A stretch of DNA of 64,000 nucleotides from an uncultured Holophagales bacterium (GTDB lineage Bacteria; Acidobacteriota; Thermoanaerobaculia; Multivoradales; UBA5704). The stretch lies in contig CAWJGT010000031.1 of the NCBI GenBank assembly GCA_963842525.1, forward strand, positions 1-64,000, given 5' to 3'. The notes below the pieces were generated by a model. The model saw only the letters and a program-made list of their open reading frames with translations, searched no databases and was not told where the DNA came from. Of the stretch, positions 47,824 through 57,667 are shown in pieces (position 1 is the first letter of the stretch; the number at the start of each line of letters is the position of its first letter). Position numbers and translations under genes: made by a program.

Positions 47824-49593
47824 CTACCTGGCCGTGTTGGCGACCTGCAAGCCGGGGAGGTCGACCTCCTGGCCGTAGTAGGCCAGGATGCCTTGGACGA
47901 TCACCTCCGAGACCCTCTGGCGGTAGGCCCGGGTCTGGAACAGCTTGCGGTCCTGCTCGTTGGCGAGGTTGCAGACTTCGAGCAGGATCTTGGCCGGTAC
48001 GGAATTGTAGCGGAGGACGGCCGGAACCCACTGGCTGCCGTTGCGGATGATCCGATCGCGCACCGGCTGGAAGGGGTGGACCTGCAGCCCGGCGCCCTTG
48101 AAGGAGGCGATCACCTGCTTGGCCAGCTCGCGGGAGAGGCCCTCGCTCTCGGTCCGCTGCTTCAGAGGGAAGCTGACCACCGGGCTCTCCTGCACCTCCT
48201 TGCGCAGGGTGTAGACGGGTCCGGTCTTGCCGTAGCTGCTGTCCCCGCGCATGCCGGCCGCCGGCAGGTAGGCCATGGCGCCGCGCAGCGAGGGGTGGAG
48301 GGAGTCGGCGTGGATGGACAGGAAGACGACCTTCTGGGCGTCGCCGTGGCCCTGGACCGCGCGCCGGTAAACGCTGTTGGCCAGGTACCAGCGGAGGTTC
48401 ACCCCCACCTTGGCATCCTCGATGGGATAGGGGGGCGTGGTCTGGACCGCGTGCCCGCGCGAGAAGGGGAGGACGTCGGAGTCCTGGATGCGGAACTCCC
48501 TGCCGTCGCGGGTGGTGAGTTGGACCCGGGCGGCGGTATGGGACTCGAGCAGCCGCTTGGTCCTCAGTGCGATGTCGTAGACGTAGAGGCTCTCCCAGAC
48601 GCCCCCCATCGAAGCGCCGGAATCGTGGCCGCCGTGCCCGGCGTCGAGGATCACCGTGATCCCTTCCAGTCCCCTGGCGCGGATCTGGTTGCTGAACTTG
48701 GCGCTCTCCCGCAGGCTCGCCTCGTACTCGACCCGGCGCGGATTGCCCTCGGGCAGGAACTCGGCCTCCAGGACGTCGAACGGGATCTTGACCCGGTAGC
48801 CGATCGGGATGTCGGTCACGTCGGGGATGCCGCTGCGGCGGGCGATGTCGGCCGCCAGGGCGTTCACATCGTTGGCGTAGACCCGGCCGGTGAAGCGGAC
48901 GACCACGCTCGAATAGAGGGCCTCGCCCGGCCGCAGCCGGTAGATCGCGTACTCCCCGTTCTCGTCCTTGCCGTAGTCGAGGTGGTAGGGCGTCTCGGGG
49001 ACCGGCAGGACGGCGCGGAAGGCCGGCCGCAGCAGCTCCGAGGGGATGGTCACCGCCGTGCCGCTGGGCACGTCGTCGTCCTGGAGCTCGTTGTACTCGC
49101 GGATGGCGCGGAAGTTCTCGCCCGTGCCGGTGAACCAGAGGGAGAGCTGCCACAGCCCCTCGCGCTGGAGCATCCCGACGCCGCGCGCCTGGTGCCGCCA
49201 GCCGTCGGCCTCCCCCTTGTCCTGCGGGAAGAGGGCGCGCACGGCCTTGAGCTGCCAGTCATTGGACAAGATGTCGAACGGGAAGCGGTAGCGCATGCCG
49301 GCCTGGAGCTCCTGGCCGCCCGTATTGAGCCCGCTATTGACCTCCATGACCTGGGTGGCGAGGCGGGAGTCGCCGCACAGCCGGCGGGTGAAGGCGTAGA
49401 GCCCCTCTCCCCGCTTGGGAACCGCCTCCAGGAGCAGGCCTTCCTCGGTCAGCGCCGCCACCACCCCGTCCTCGAGCTGGACGCGGGCCGACCGGGCGGC
49501 GGCCGCCTGGCGGGACGGGGAGGCCGGAGGCGCCGGAGCGGCGGAGGCGAGGAATGACGCAAGGACGGCGCAGGCCGCGAGCAGCGCCCTCAC
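47824..49593 (-). CDS. N-acetylmuramoyl-L-alanine amidase (Amidase_3) with degenerate LysM-like repeats
   Basis: Signal peptide after GTG 49593; ILDAGHGG.DSGA, FLSIHAD, LLEV; three GE.L...I...N...(I/F)P-like repeats. Confidence 0.85.
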   Translation of the reverse strand: MRALLAACAVLASFLASAAPAPPASPSRQAAAARSARVQLEDGVVAALTEEGLLLEAVPKRGEGLYAFTRRLCGDSRLATQVMEVNSGLNTGGQELQAGMRYRFPFDILSNDWQLKAVRALFPQDKGEADGWRHQARGVGMLQREGLWQLSLWFTGTGENFRAIREYNELQDDDVPSGTAVTIPSELLRPAFRAVLPVPETPYHLDYGKDENGEYAIYRLRPGEALYSSVVVRFTGRVYANDVNALAADIARRSGIPDVTDIPIGYRVKIPFDVLEAEFLPEGNPRRVEYEASLRESAKFSNQIRARGLEGITVILDAGHGGHDSGASMGGVWESLYVYDIALRTKRLLESHTAARVQLTTRDGREFRIQDSDVLPFSRGHAVQTTPPYPIEDAKVGVNLRWYLANSVYRRAVQGHGDAQKVVFLSIHADSLHPSLRGAMAYLPAAGMRGDSSYGKTGPVYTLRKEVQESPVVSFPLKQRTESEGLSRELAKQVIASFKGAGLQVHPFQPVRDRIIRNGSQWVPAVLRYNSVPAKILLEVCNLANEQDRKLFQTRAYRQRVSEVIVQGILAYYGQEVDLPGLQVANTAR

Positions 49594-49655
49594 CCCCTGA
49601 CCCCCTCTCCCGTGCGTCCCCCGACCCCCACCCCGAACGGGAGAGGGGGAAGGGG
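49588..49655 (+). repeat. REP-like repeat spanning the gatA stop and amidase start
   Basis: CCTCACCCCCTGACCCCCTCTCCC-loop-GGGAGAGGGGG. Confidence 0.7.
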
Positions 49656-51120
49656 AGAGGGCGCCCCCCGGAACGCCGGGGCGACCTGCCACGCCACCTG
49701 CCGTTCCAGAGCCCGCGCGGCGCGGAGCACCTTCGCATCGTCGAACGGCCGGCCCATGATCTGGAGCGAGAGCGGCAGGCCGCGGTCGTCGAGCCCCGTG
49801 GGGACCGCCACCGCGGGGAGCCCTGCCAGGCTCGCAGGCGTGGTGAAGATGTCCGAGAGGTACATGGCGAGCGGGTCGTCGACCTTCTCGCCGAGCCCGA
49901 AGGCCGCGGACGGGCTGGTCGGGGTCACCACCACGTCGGCCTGCTCGAAGGCCGCTGCGAGCTCGCGCCGCATCCGCTCCCGCACCCCCTGGGCGCGGCC
50001 GTAGTAGGCCTCGTAGTAGCCGGACGAGAGGGCGAACGTGCCGAGCATGATCCGCCGCTTCACCTCGGCGCCGAAGCCCTCGCTGCGGCTCTCGACGTAG
50101 AGGTCGAGCAGGTTGTCCGCCGCGGCCGCGCCGGCCGTAGCGCACGCCGTCGAAGCGGGCCAGGTTGGCGCTCGCCTCGCAGGTGGCGACCACGTAGTAG
50201 ACGGCGATGGCCGCGTCGAGGCTGGGGACCGACACCTCGACGATCTCGGCCCCGGCGCGCTCGAAGCACGCGAGGGCCTCCTGCCAGGCGCGGGCGCTCG
50301 CCGGGTCCAGCCCGGTGACGTCGATGTCGCGGATGACCCCCACTCGCAGCCCTTCGACGCCCTCCTCGATCCCCGACAGGTAGTCCTCGGCGGGAAGATC
50401 CGCACAGGTCGAGTCGTTGGCGTCAGGCCCCGCAATGACCGTCAAGGCCAGGGCGGCGTCGCGGACGTTGCGCGCCAGCGGCCCGATCTGGTCGGTGGAC
50501 GAGGCAAACGCCACCAGGCCGTAGCGGGAGACCCGCCCGTAGGTGGGCTTGTATCCCACGACGCCGCAGAGCGCCGCCGGCTGCCGGACCGAGCCGCCGG
50601 TGTCCGACCCGAAGCTCAGCGGGACACTGCCGGCGGCCACCGCCGCGGCCGGCCCGCCGCTGGAGCCGCCCGGCACCATGGAGAGGTCCCATGGGTTGCG
50701 GGTCGGCTGGTACGCCGAGTTCTCGCACGACGAGCCCATGGCGAACTCGTCCATGTTGGCGCGGCCGAGGACCACGGCGCCGGCGGTGAGGAGCCTCTCC
50801 ACCGCGGTGCCGGTGTAGGGGGCCACATACCCTTCCAGGATCTTCGAGGCGCAGGTGAGCGGATGGCCGGCCAGGCTCAGGTTGTCCTTGAGCGCGATCG
50901 GCACACCGGCCAGCGGCCCGGGATCCTCCCCTGCCGCGATCCGGCGGTCGATCTCCGCCGCCCGTGCGCGGGCCTCTGTCTCGAAGACTTCCAGATAGGC
51001 CGCGATCAGCGGCTCGACCCGGGCGGTGCGCGCCAGCGCAGCCTCGGTGACCTCGACGGCCGAGACCTCGCGCGCCCGCACCCGCCGCGCGGTCTCCTCG
51101 ACGGACAGCTCCCAGAGCAT
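49590..51120 (-). CDS. gatA: Glu/Asp-tRNA amidotransferase subunit A, frameshift near 50130
   Basis: KDN, NMDEFAMGSS, PGGSSGG, GSDTGGSVRQPA, RFDGVRYG; second frame EVKRRIMLGTF...MYLSDIFT. Confidence 0.9.
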
Positions 51121-51434
51121 CAGGCATCTTCCCCTCCTCCCTTCACCTCCGGGACGAGCAGGAACTCGCCCAGCGCCTGGGCGGGCGCATTGGCCAGGAA
51201 CAGCTCGCGCGGCATGCAGGCGTGCGGCCGGTCGTCCTCCTCGCGGGCCTCGCGCAGGTGCGATGCCTGCGACAGCGGAGCATCGCCGGCCTCCCCGGTC
51301 TCGTAGCCTTGGAGCTGGTCGATGTAGTCGACGACGGCGCCGAGCTGGTGGATGAGCCTCCCCTCTTCTTCGGGAGAGAAACGAAGCCGGGCCAGCGCAG
51401 AGATTTTCCTTACTTCTTCGTGAGTTAGTGCCAT
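51120..51434 (-). CDS. gatC: Glu/Asp-tRNA amidotransferase subunit C
   Basis: EEVRKISALARL...LANAP....FLLVP; overlaps the gatA start. Confidence 0.88.
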   Translation of the reverse strand: MALTHEEVRKISALARLRFSPEEEGRLIHQLGAVVDYIDQLQGYETGEAGDAPLSQASHLREAREEDDRPHACMPRELFLANAPAQALGEFLLVPEVKGGGEDA

Positions 51435-51471
51435 GGCCTTCAAGTGGAATCTTAGCACGGGCGGGCCGGAA

Positions 51472-51533
51472 CCTCACCCCCTGTCCCCCTCTCCCATCGC
51501 CCCACCTGCCCCCGGGAGAGGGGGGACGTAGCT
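51472..51533 (+). repeat. REP-like palindromic repeat
   Basis: Near-identical to the copy at 16412. Confidence 0.8.
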
Positions 51534-51699
51534 CGTGCAGCAGTGACGGTCCGGCTTGGAGCCCACCCGGACCCGGAAGTCCTCCGGCTTCAACCCCAGG
51601 ACCGGCCGGCCCACGTTGTCGACCACCCGCACGATCATGGATTCGAGGGCGTCTGTGCCCGCCTGGGGTTGAAACCACCGCCGCGTTTAGAATCCTCCC

Positions 51700-53005
51700 G
51701 TGCCCATCCCCGCCTTCCGCGCCCTCCTCCACCACCCGGCCGTGCGGACGCTGCTCGCGGCTTCCGAAGGTGTGGAGTGTCACCTGGTCGGCGGCGTGCT
51801 CCGCGACCGGGCCCTGGGCCTGCCGTGCCACGACATCGATGCGGTGGTGGCCGGGCGCGGCAAGGAGATCGCGGAACGGCTGGCCGTAGCGCTGCCGGCC
51901 CGGCTGGTCCTCCTGGGCGGGAAGGAGTTCGCCTCGTACCGGCTGGTCGCCGACGAGGTGGAGGTCGACCTCTGGGACCGCGAGGCCATGACGCTCCACC
52001 AGGACCTGGCGCGGCGGGACTTCACAGTCAACTCCTTCGCCCTGGACCCGCGCACCGGCGAGCTGGTCGACCCGTTCGAACGGCATGGCGGACCTGAAGC
52101 GCCGGCTGCTGCGCGCCACCACGGGCGAGAGCTTCTCGGGTGACCCCCTGCGGGTTCTCCGCCTCCCCCGCCTCCTGCTCCAGCTTCCCGGCTTTGCCGC
52201 CGATCCGGACACCATAGGCCTCGCCCGGCAGACCGTGCCGCGCCTCTCCGAGGTCGCGTCCGAGCGGGTGCGCGAGGAGCTCTCGCTCATCTTCGGCCAC
52301 CCCGAGGCCCACCGCGGCCTCGCCCTGCTGATCGCCCTAGACCTCTACCCGGGCCTCTGGCTGGGCCACCCTGGCGAGGCGGGCAAAGCCGGCACGGCGC
52401 TCTCGGAGCTGGAAGCCCTAGAGGGTCGCATCCGCGAGCTGCGCGGCTTCGACTTCGGCCTGGCGGACATGGTGGACACCCGGACCGCCCGCTTCGTCGC
52501 GCTCTTTCGCAACCTCCCCCTCCTCCCGGGCCAGCGGCCACTCGAAGCCCTGGTTCGCTTCCGGGACGCCGGCTGCCTCACCCGCCAGGCCGCCGCGGAC
52601 GTGGCTCTGGTCCTGGAGCTGAACGACCTGCCGGCCGGCGAGGTCGGCCGCCGCCGCTTCCTCCATCGCGCCGGCCCGCACTGGCCGACCGTCCTGGTTG
52701 CGATTGGATCCCGCCTCGCCGCTCGGGGAGAGACGCTCGACGGCTGGAGGAAGGCGCTCGACCTGCTGGTCGATCTTGCCCACCGCGAGGGGCCGGCCCT
52801 CTTCGATCCGCCGCGCCTGGTCACCGGCCAGGACGTCCAGGACCTGCTGGGCATCCCCCCGGGCCGGGAGGTCGGGAAGGTGCTCGAGGCCGTGCGTCAG
52901 GCCCAGGTGGACGGCGGGGTGAGGACCCGCGACGAGGCGGTGGAGCTGGTGAAGGCCCTCAGCCCCGGACCGCACCGCCCATCATCTGCTGATTCAGCTC
53001 CTTGA
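51700..53005 (+). CDS. tRNA nucleotidyltransferase/poly(A) polymerase family, frameshift near 52080
   Basis: LVGGVLRD, DID, DLARRDFTVN, then DPLRVLR, ERVREEL. Confidence 0.85.
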
Positions 53006-54368
53006 TCCGCTGCATCAGCTTGTCGATCTTTTCCTGGGCTTCCTGGCGCAGGCGCGCGTAGTCGCCGCGCAGCTTTTCGCGGTCCTGGGAGAGCTCCTGG
53101 ATCCGGGCGCCGAGCTCCTCGATCTGTTGATCCCGGCCGCGGATCAAACCGTGGAGCCCGTTGATCTCGTCCTCTTTTTCTGCCAACTTCTCCTTCTGCT
53201 TCTCCTCCTGCTCCTCATAAAGCTTCTTGAACTGCTGGAGCTGGACGATCTCGGAAAAATCAGATGTCACCGGGCTCATCTCGCCTCCTCGCTCCTCGAT
53301 GCTGGGAAACATGCGGCGGAGCTTCAGGGAAAGGTCTTCGGGATCAGAGGACTGCCGCATCGCCTCGGCATAGGAGATGGTGCCATGCACCAAAAGGGCC
53401 AGCAGCGACTGGTTCATCGACTGCATGCGGTAATAGGTCACCGAGGACTCCATCTCCTCGTGGATCTGGCTGACCTCGCCCTTCTCGATCATCTTGGCGA
53501 CCTTCGGCGAGGAGCGCAGGATCTCCAGTGCCGCCACCAGGCCGTTGCCCTCCTGGCGCTCCACCAGCTTCATGGAGACGACCCCCTTCAAGACCTGCGC
53601 GAGCTGGGCCCGCACCTGGTTCTGCTGGTCGGCCGGGAAGGTGTCCAGGATGCGGTCGACGGTCTGCGGCGCGGTGTTGGTGTGCAGGGTCGAGAAGACC
53701 AGGTGGCCGGTCTCCGCCGCCGTGATCACGGTCGAGACCGTCTCCGGGTCGCGCATCTCGCCGACCATGATGACGTCGGGGTCCTGCCGCATGGCGTTGC
53801 GCAACGCCTCGGAAAAGCTGTTCGTGTCCGTCCCCACCTCGCGCTGGGAGATCGTGGCCACGCCGTCGGTGAACAGGAACTCCATCGGGTCCTCGATGGT
53901 GATCACGTGCACCGGCCGGCGGTTCGTGATGTAGCGGATCATGGCGGCGAGGGAGGTCGACTTGCCGCTGCCGGTGGGACCGGTGATCAGCACCAGCCCC
54001 ATGGGGATGTCGCAGAAATCGAGGAGCACCGATGGCAGCTCCAGCTCCTCGAGGCTCTTGATCTGGTAGGGGATGCGGCGGAAGCAGGCGGCGATCGTGC
54101 CGCGCTGCATATAGATGTTGCAACGAAAGCGGGCCAGGCCGCGCACGCCATAGCCGAGGTCGACGGACAGCTTCTCTTCGAGCTTCTCCTTCTGCCGGGG
54201 CGACAGGATGCTCATGAGCATCTGGTTCAGCACGTCCGGCGTGAGCGGCTCGGCCTCCAGAGGCATCAGACGGCCGGTGATCCGCAGCAGGGGCGGACGG
54301 GTCGGCTTCAGATGGAGGTCAGAGGCCCCCTTGTCCGTCATGAGTTTGAGTAGACGGTCTAGCTCCAT
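52959..54368 (-). CDS. PilT/PilU-family ATPase with C-terminal coiled coil
   Basis: ASDLH, GPTGSGKST, TIEDP, RQDPDVIMVGEMRD, AAETGHLVFSTLH. Confidence 0.9.
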   Translation of the reverse strand: MELDRLLKLMTDKGASDLHLKPTRPPLLRITGRLMPLEAEPLTPDVLNQMLMSILSPRQKEKLEEKLSVDLGYGVRGLARFRCNIYMQRGTIAACFRRIPYQIKSLEELELPSVLLDFCDIPMGLVLITGPTGSGKSTSLAAMIRYITNRRPVHVITIEDPMEFLFTDGVATISQREVGTDTNSFSEALRNAMRQDPDVIMVGEMRDPETVSTVITAAETGHLVFSTLHTNTAPQTVDRILDTFPADQQNQVRAQLAQVLKGVVSMKLVERQEGNGLVAALEILRSSPKVAKMIEKGEVSQIHEEMESSVTYYRMQSMNQSLLALLVHGTISYAEAMRQSSDPEDLSLKLRRMFPSIEERGGEMSPVTSDFSEIVQLQQFKKLYEEQEEKQKEKLAEKEDEINGLHGLIRGRDQQIEELGARIQELSQDREKLRGDYARLRQEAQEKIDKLMQRIKELNQQMMGGAVRG

Positions 54369-54437
54369 GGCGCTCTCTCGAAAAAGCGCCCGCATCTTAC
54401 CGCAAAAACGGAGCAGGGCAACGGGGCAGGCGAGCGG

Positions 54438-55163
54438 TCAGGACGGAACGGACGCCGGATCCGGCAACTCGTCCCAGGTGCGCCCCTGGAGAAGCCGGCC
54501 CGCCCTCTTTTTTTGCTTCCCACCCCATTGCTTGAAGAAGAAGGCTACTCCAGCCTGGCGGCACTGGTCCCGGATCCCGAGGATCCACGCCTCCTCGACA
54601 GCTCGCGCTCCTGGGCCGGACTCACCCCCGACGATTACCCAGTGGATGCCGCGCAGGTCGAGACCGGGCAACGGCCCAAGAAGCGGCTCCAGGGAGAGGA
54701 ACTTCACCTTGGCCTGAGTCTGGCGCAAATCGTCGATGCGCTCGACATGATCCGCGCTCTCAACGCTGACGCCCATCCAGACATTGGCCGGCCAGTCGAT
54801 CTGAGGATCGACCTCGGCGAGGCGGTCGGCCCGCTTGGTCAGGACTTGGAACCGGTGCCAGTCCGCTCGGCGCATGACGCCGAAGACACGCTGAATGTAG
54901 GAGATGGGCACGTCGCTATGGAAAAGGTCGCTCATGGAATTCACGAAGATCGTCTGGGGGCGCTTCCACGCCAGGGGAAGCTCGAGCATGTGCGGCTGCA
55001 AGGTCAACTGGAAGCCGTTCCTGTAGTTGGCCTGTCCCATGGCCTGAAGACGCTCCGCCATCCTTTCCGCATAGCAGTGTTTGCAACCCTGACTGATCTT
55101 GGTGCAGCCCGTGACCGGGTTCCAGGTGGATTCCGTCCATTCGATCGTAGATTTCAAACCCAT
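54438..55163 (-). CDS. DUF5131 (phage Gp37/Gp68-like) three-Cys protein
   Basis: IEWT..TWNPVTGCTKISQGCKHCYA, NSMSDLFH, SLEPLLG, GGESG, FFKQWGG. Confidence 0.88.
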   Translation of the reverse strand: MGLKSTIEWTESTWNPVTGCTKISQGCKHCYAERMAERLQAMGQANYRNGFQLTLQPHMLELPLAWKRPQTIFVNSMSDLFHSDVPISYIQRVFGVMRRADWHRFQVLTKRADRLAEVDPQIDWPANVWMGVSVESADHVERIDDLRQTQAKVKFLSLEPLLGPLPGLDLRGIHWVIVGGESGPGARAVEEAWILGIRDQCRQAGVAFFFKQWGGKQKKRAGRLLQGRTWDELPDPASVPS

Positions 55164-55166
55164 GGC

Positions 55167-56078
55167 TCAGTCGCTCTCAAGGATGTGGCGCGCGATCCGG
55201 AGGGCGATCTTCCTCGCACCGGGGTTGGGGCTGCCGACAGCAAAGCAGAACAGATAGAGAGGACAGTGGCTCGAATTCATGAGGACCTTGGGCTTCGGTG
55301 CTACCTCCCGGAAGACGGTCTTCAGCCGCTGGACGAAGTACTCGCCGATGACCTCCATTTTCTCCTTGACGAGAGTCGTCTCTTCATCCCCGAACAGGGT
55401 TTTCTTCGTTTCCCGCCGATAAAACGCTTCGTACCAGTCGGTCGTGCCCAGAAGGACATTGAGACGGTTGCGCCATCCTTCCGGGATCTGTCCGGAACGA
55501 GGAAGCAGGCGGTTGACTCCAATCCCTAGGGGGAAGAGCAGCCAAAGGTCGATTGCCCCCGTTCTGGCGATCTTCTCGATCGTCGCCCATTCCACCTGCA
55601 TCCCATACGGATCGAGGAACAGCACCGCGCGACGCTGGCTCCAGTTCTTGCCACAGAGATCCTGGATGATCCGATTGGCATCCCCCTGCTCGACCCATAT
55701 GTCGCTCGCCAGCCCGGGGAACTCCTCGCGGAGTCGCTCCAGTTGCTCGCATCTGTCTGGATCTCTCTCGACAAAGATATACCGGTCGAACCGGGGCTCA
55801 ATCTTGAGTGCAAGCCTGGCCGAACCGTCGAGGAGTGTCTGCGGCGCCTCCTCGGCCAGGTCGGGGAACAGCGTATCCGCATCCGAGCCGGCCTGCTGCA
55901 GCGTACGGTAACCCGTGCCCGCGAAGGCGTCGATGTAGGCTGTCTTGAAGGGCTGATTCTTGAGAGCTGTCGTATAGGCCCCGAGATAACCCTTCAAGAT
56001 TTCAAGTTTGGTGGACGTCCAGTCGCCGCCGAACCGATGCGCCTGCCCCTCCTCCCTTCCAGGATTGCGCTTCGTCAT
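55167..56078 (-). CDS. tcmP: Three-Cys-motif partner protein (SAM-MTase-like fold)
   Basis: GGDWT..KLEIL..YL, YIDAFAG.G, FLDPYG; adjacent to DUF5131. Confidence 0.85.
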   Translation of the reverse strand: MTKRNPGREEGQAHRFGGDWTSTKLEILKGYLGAYTTALKNQPFKTAYIDAFAGTGYRTLQQAGSDADTLFPDLAEEAPQTLLDGSARLALKIEPRFDRYIFVERDPDRCEQLERLREEFPGLASDIWVEQGDANRIIQDLCGKNWSQRRAVLFLDPYGMQVEWATIEKIARTGAIDLWLLFPLGIGVNRLLPRSGQIPEGWRNRLNVLLGTTDWYEAFYRRETKKTLFGDEETTLVKEKMEVIGEYFVQRLKTVFREVAPKPKVLMNSSHCPLYLFCFAVGSPNPGARKIALRIARHILESD

Positions 56079-56092
56079 GCGGGAGTGCGCGT

Positions 56093-56680
56093 CTAGGCCA
56101 GGATCGACGGCAGCATCCGCGGCAACACCCCCTCCAGCTCCAGGAGCGTCCGTTTCATGTCGAGCCCGCCCGCGTAGCCGGTGAGCGAGCCGTTTGCGCC
56201 GATCACCCGGTGGCAGGGGATGATGACCCCGATCGGGTTGTCGTGGTTGGCGTGGCCCACGGCCCGGACCGCCGCGGGGCGGCCGATGTGGCGGGCCATC
56301 TCGCCATAGGTGCGGGTCTCGCCGAAAGGGATCTCCTGAAGTGCCTGCCAGCAGAGCCGCTGGAACTCCGTCCCGGAGACCTCCAGCGGCAGGTCGAAGG
56401 CCCGCCGCTGACCCGCAAGGTACTCGTCGAGCTGGTGCCGGACCTCCGGCAGGGGGGCCGCCTCGGGATCGGCGACCGCGTCCGGCCAACTGCGCAGGAG
56501 TGACTCCTCTGCCCGCTCCGGGGTCGGGGAGTGCCCGAGCCAGATCAGCCGGCCGCCGCGGGCGACGGCCACGCCGAAGCCGAGCGCGTTGCGGAAGAGG
56601 TCATACCGAATATTGGAAGCTCCGCGGGAAGCTCCGCGGGAAGCTCCGCCGGAAGCTCCGGAAGCAGACCGGGGTGCCAT
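56093..56680 (-). CDS. ogt: Methylated-DNA-protein-cysteine methyltransferase
   Basis: GTEFQ, IPFGETRTY, NP...IIPCHRVI. Confidence 0.9.
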   Translation of the reverse strand: MAPRSASGASGGASRGASRGASNIRYDLFRNALGFGVAVARGGRLIWLGHSPTPERAEESLLRSWPDAVADPEAAPLPEVRHQLDEYLAGQRRAFDLPLEVSGTEFQRLCWQALQEIPFGETRTYGEMARHIGRPAAVRAVGHANHDNPIGVIIPCHRVIGANGSLTGYAGGLDMKRTLLELEGVLPRMLPSILA

Positions 56681-56685
56681 GGCCG

Positions 56686-57300
56686 TCAGAACTTCCGCAT
56701 CAGGCCGACAACCACGCCCTGGACCCGCACGTTCTGCGCCGGGACGCGGATCGGCTCCATAGTCGGGTGGGCCGGCTGGAGGCGGACGATGTTCCCCTCG
56801 GGGTAGAAGCGTTTGAGGGTCGCGTCATCGCCGATCAGCGCCACCACCATCTCGCCCGGCTCGGCCAGGTCCCGGCGGAGCACGATGACGAAGTCGCCGT
56901 CATAGATGCCCTCTTCGATCATCGAGTCGCCGACCACGCGCAGCACGTAGTGGTCGCCCGGCCGGCCGCTCAGCAGATGCCCGGGGACGGCCACCCGCTC
57001 GCTGCCGGACAGCGCCTCGATGGGGCGGCCGGCCGCGATACGGCCGTAGAACGGCAGCTCCCGGTCCGTGCTGTCGCCGCCGGGGATGGCCCGCAGCAGC
57101 TCGATGCCCCGCTTCTGGTTCCAGTCGCGCCGCAGGAACCCCTTCTCCTGAAGCAGCTTCAAATGCTTGTACGCCGTGCCATACGAGGAGAATCCGAACC
57201 GCTCGCAGATCTCCCGGTGTGTAGGAGCGATGCCGCGCTCCCGCCGGTACTCCTGAATGAACTCCAGGATCTCTTTCTGCCGCTCAGTGAGGTATGTCAT
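56686..57300 (-). CDS. lexA: SOS repressor LexA
   Basis: LTERQ..IL.FI, PT.REI, IAAG.P cleavage site, GDSM (Ser), TLKR (Lys). Confidence 0.93.
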   Translation of the reverse strand: MTYLTERQKEILEFIQEYRRERGIAPTHREICERFGFSSYGTAYKHLKLLQEKGFLRRDWNQKRGIELLRAIPGGDSTDRELPFYGRIAAGRPIEALSGSERVAVPGHLLSGRPGDHYVLRVVGDSMIEEGIYDGDFVIVLRRDLAEPGEMVVALIGDDATLKRFYPEGNIVRLQPAHPTMEPIRVPAQNVRVQGVVVGLMRKF

Positions 57301-57306
57301 GGGGGT

Positions 57307-57335
57307 AGTTTAGGCGGTAACTCAGCGTAATGCAA
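57307..57335 (-). promoter_or_regulatory. Sigma70 promoter of lexA (likely leaderless)
   Basis: TTGCAT-N17-TAAACT-N6-ATG on the minus strand. Confidence 0.7.
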
Positions 57336-57667
57336 GACTTTTTTCTATCTCCCCCTCAGAAGTCCCGCCTTCGTCCTGGCGTGAAGGCCTCCCGAGCAAA
57401 CCGCCTGGCACCAGCTCCGGGCCGCCTGAGTGGCCGGCACCAGCGATTTCTGGGCCTCCCCGACCGCGGAGCAGGTCGTCCAGTTCCAGCGCGACTCCCA
57501 CGCCGCAGCCAAGCGGCTCTGGAACTCGTAATCGTCGGAGTCAAGACGTACGCTGGACACGCTAGCTTCTCCTCTCCTTCGAGAACCGATTCTCCCCCAG
57601 CAGTCGGACGATTTCAAGCTCCCTGGCCCCACTCGCCGCCGGATACACTTGCGCCGGGAACGAGCCT

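Noticed and set aside
47824-52290. 1488-aa GatA-amidase fusion ORF
   Set aside because: Artefact of the gatA frameshift and stop-poor high-GC frames; the amidase has its own signal peptide after GTG 49593
56615-56666. 12-bp tandem repeat (GGAAGCTCCGCG) in the ogt 5' end as a phase-variation switch
   Set aside because: Unit is a multiple of 3 and only lengthens a low-complexity N-terminal tail
57301-57345. LexA operator
   Set aside because: No known SOS box (CTGT-N8-ACAG, GAAC-N4-GTTC, GTTC-N7-GTTC) or convincing repeat seen; needs comparative motif discovery
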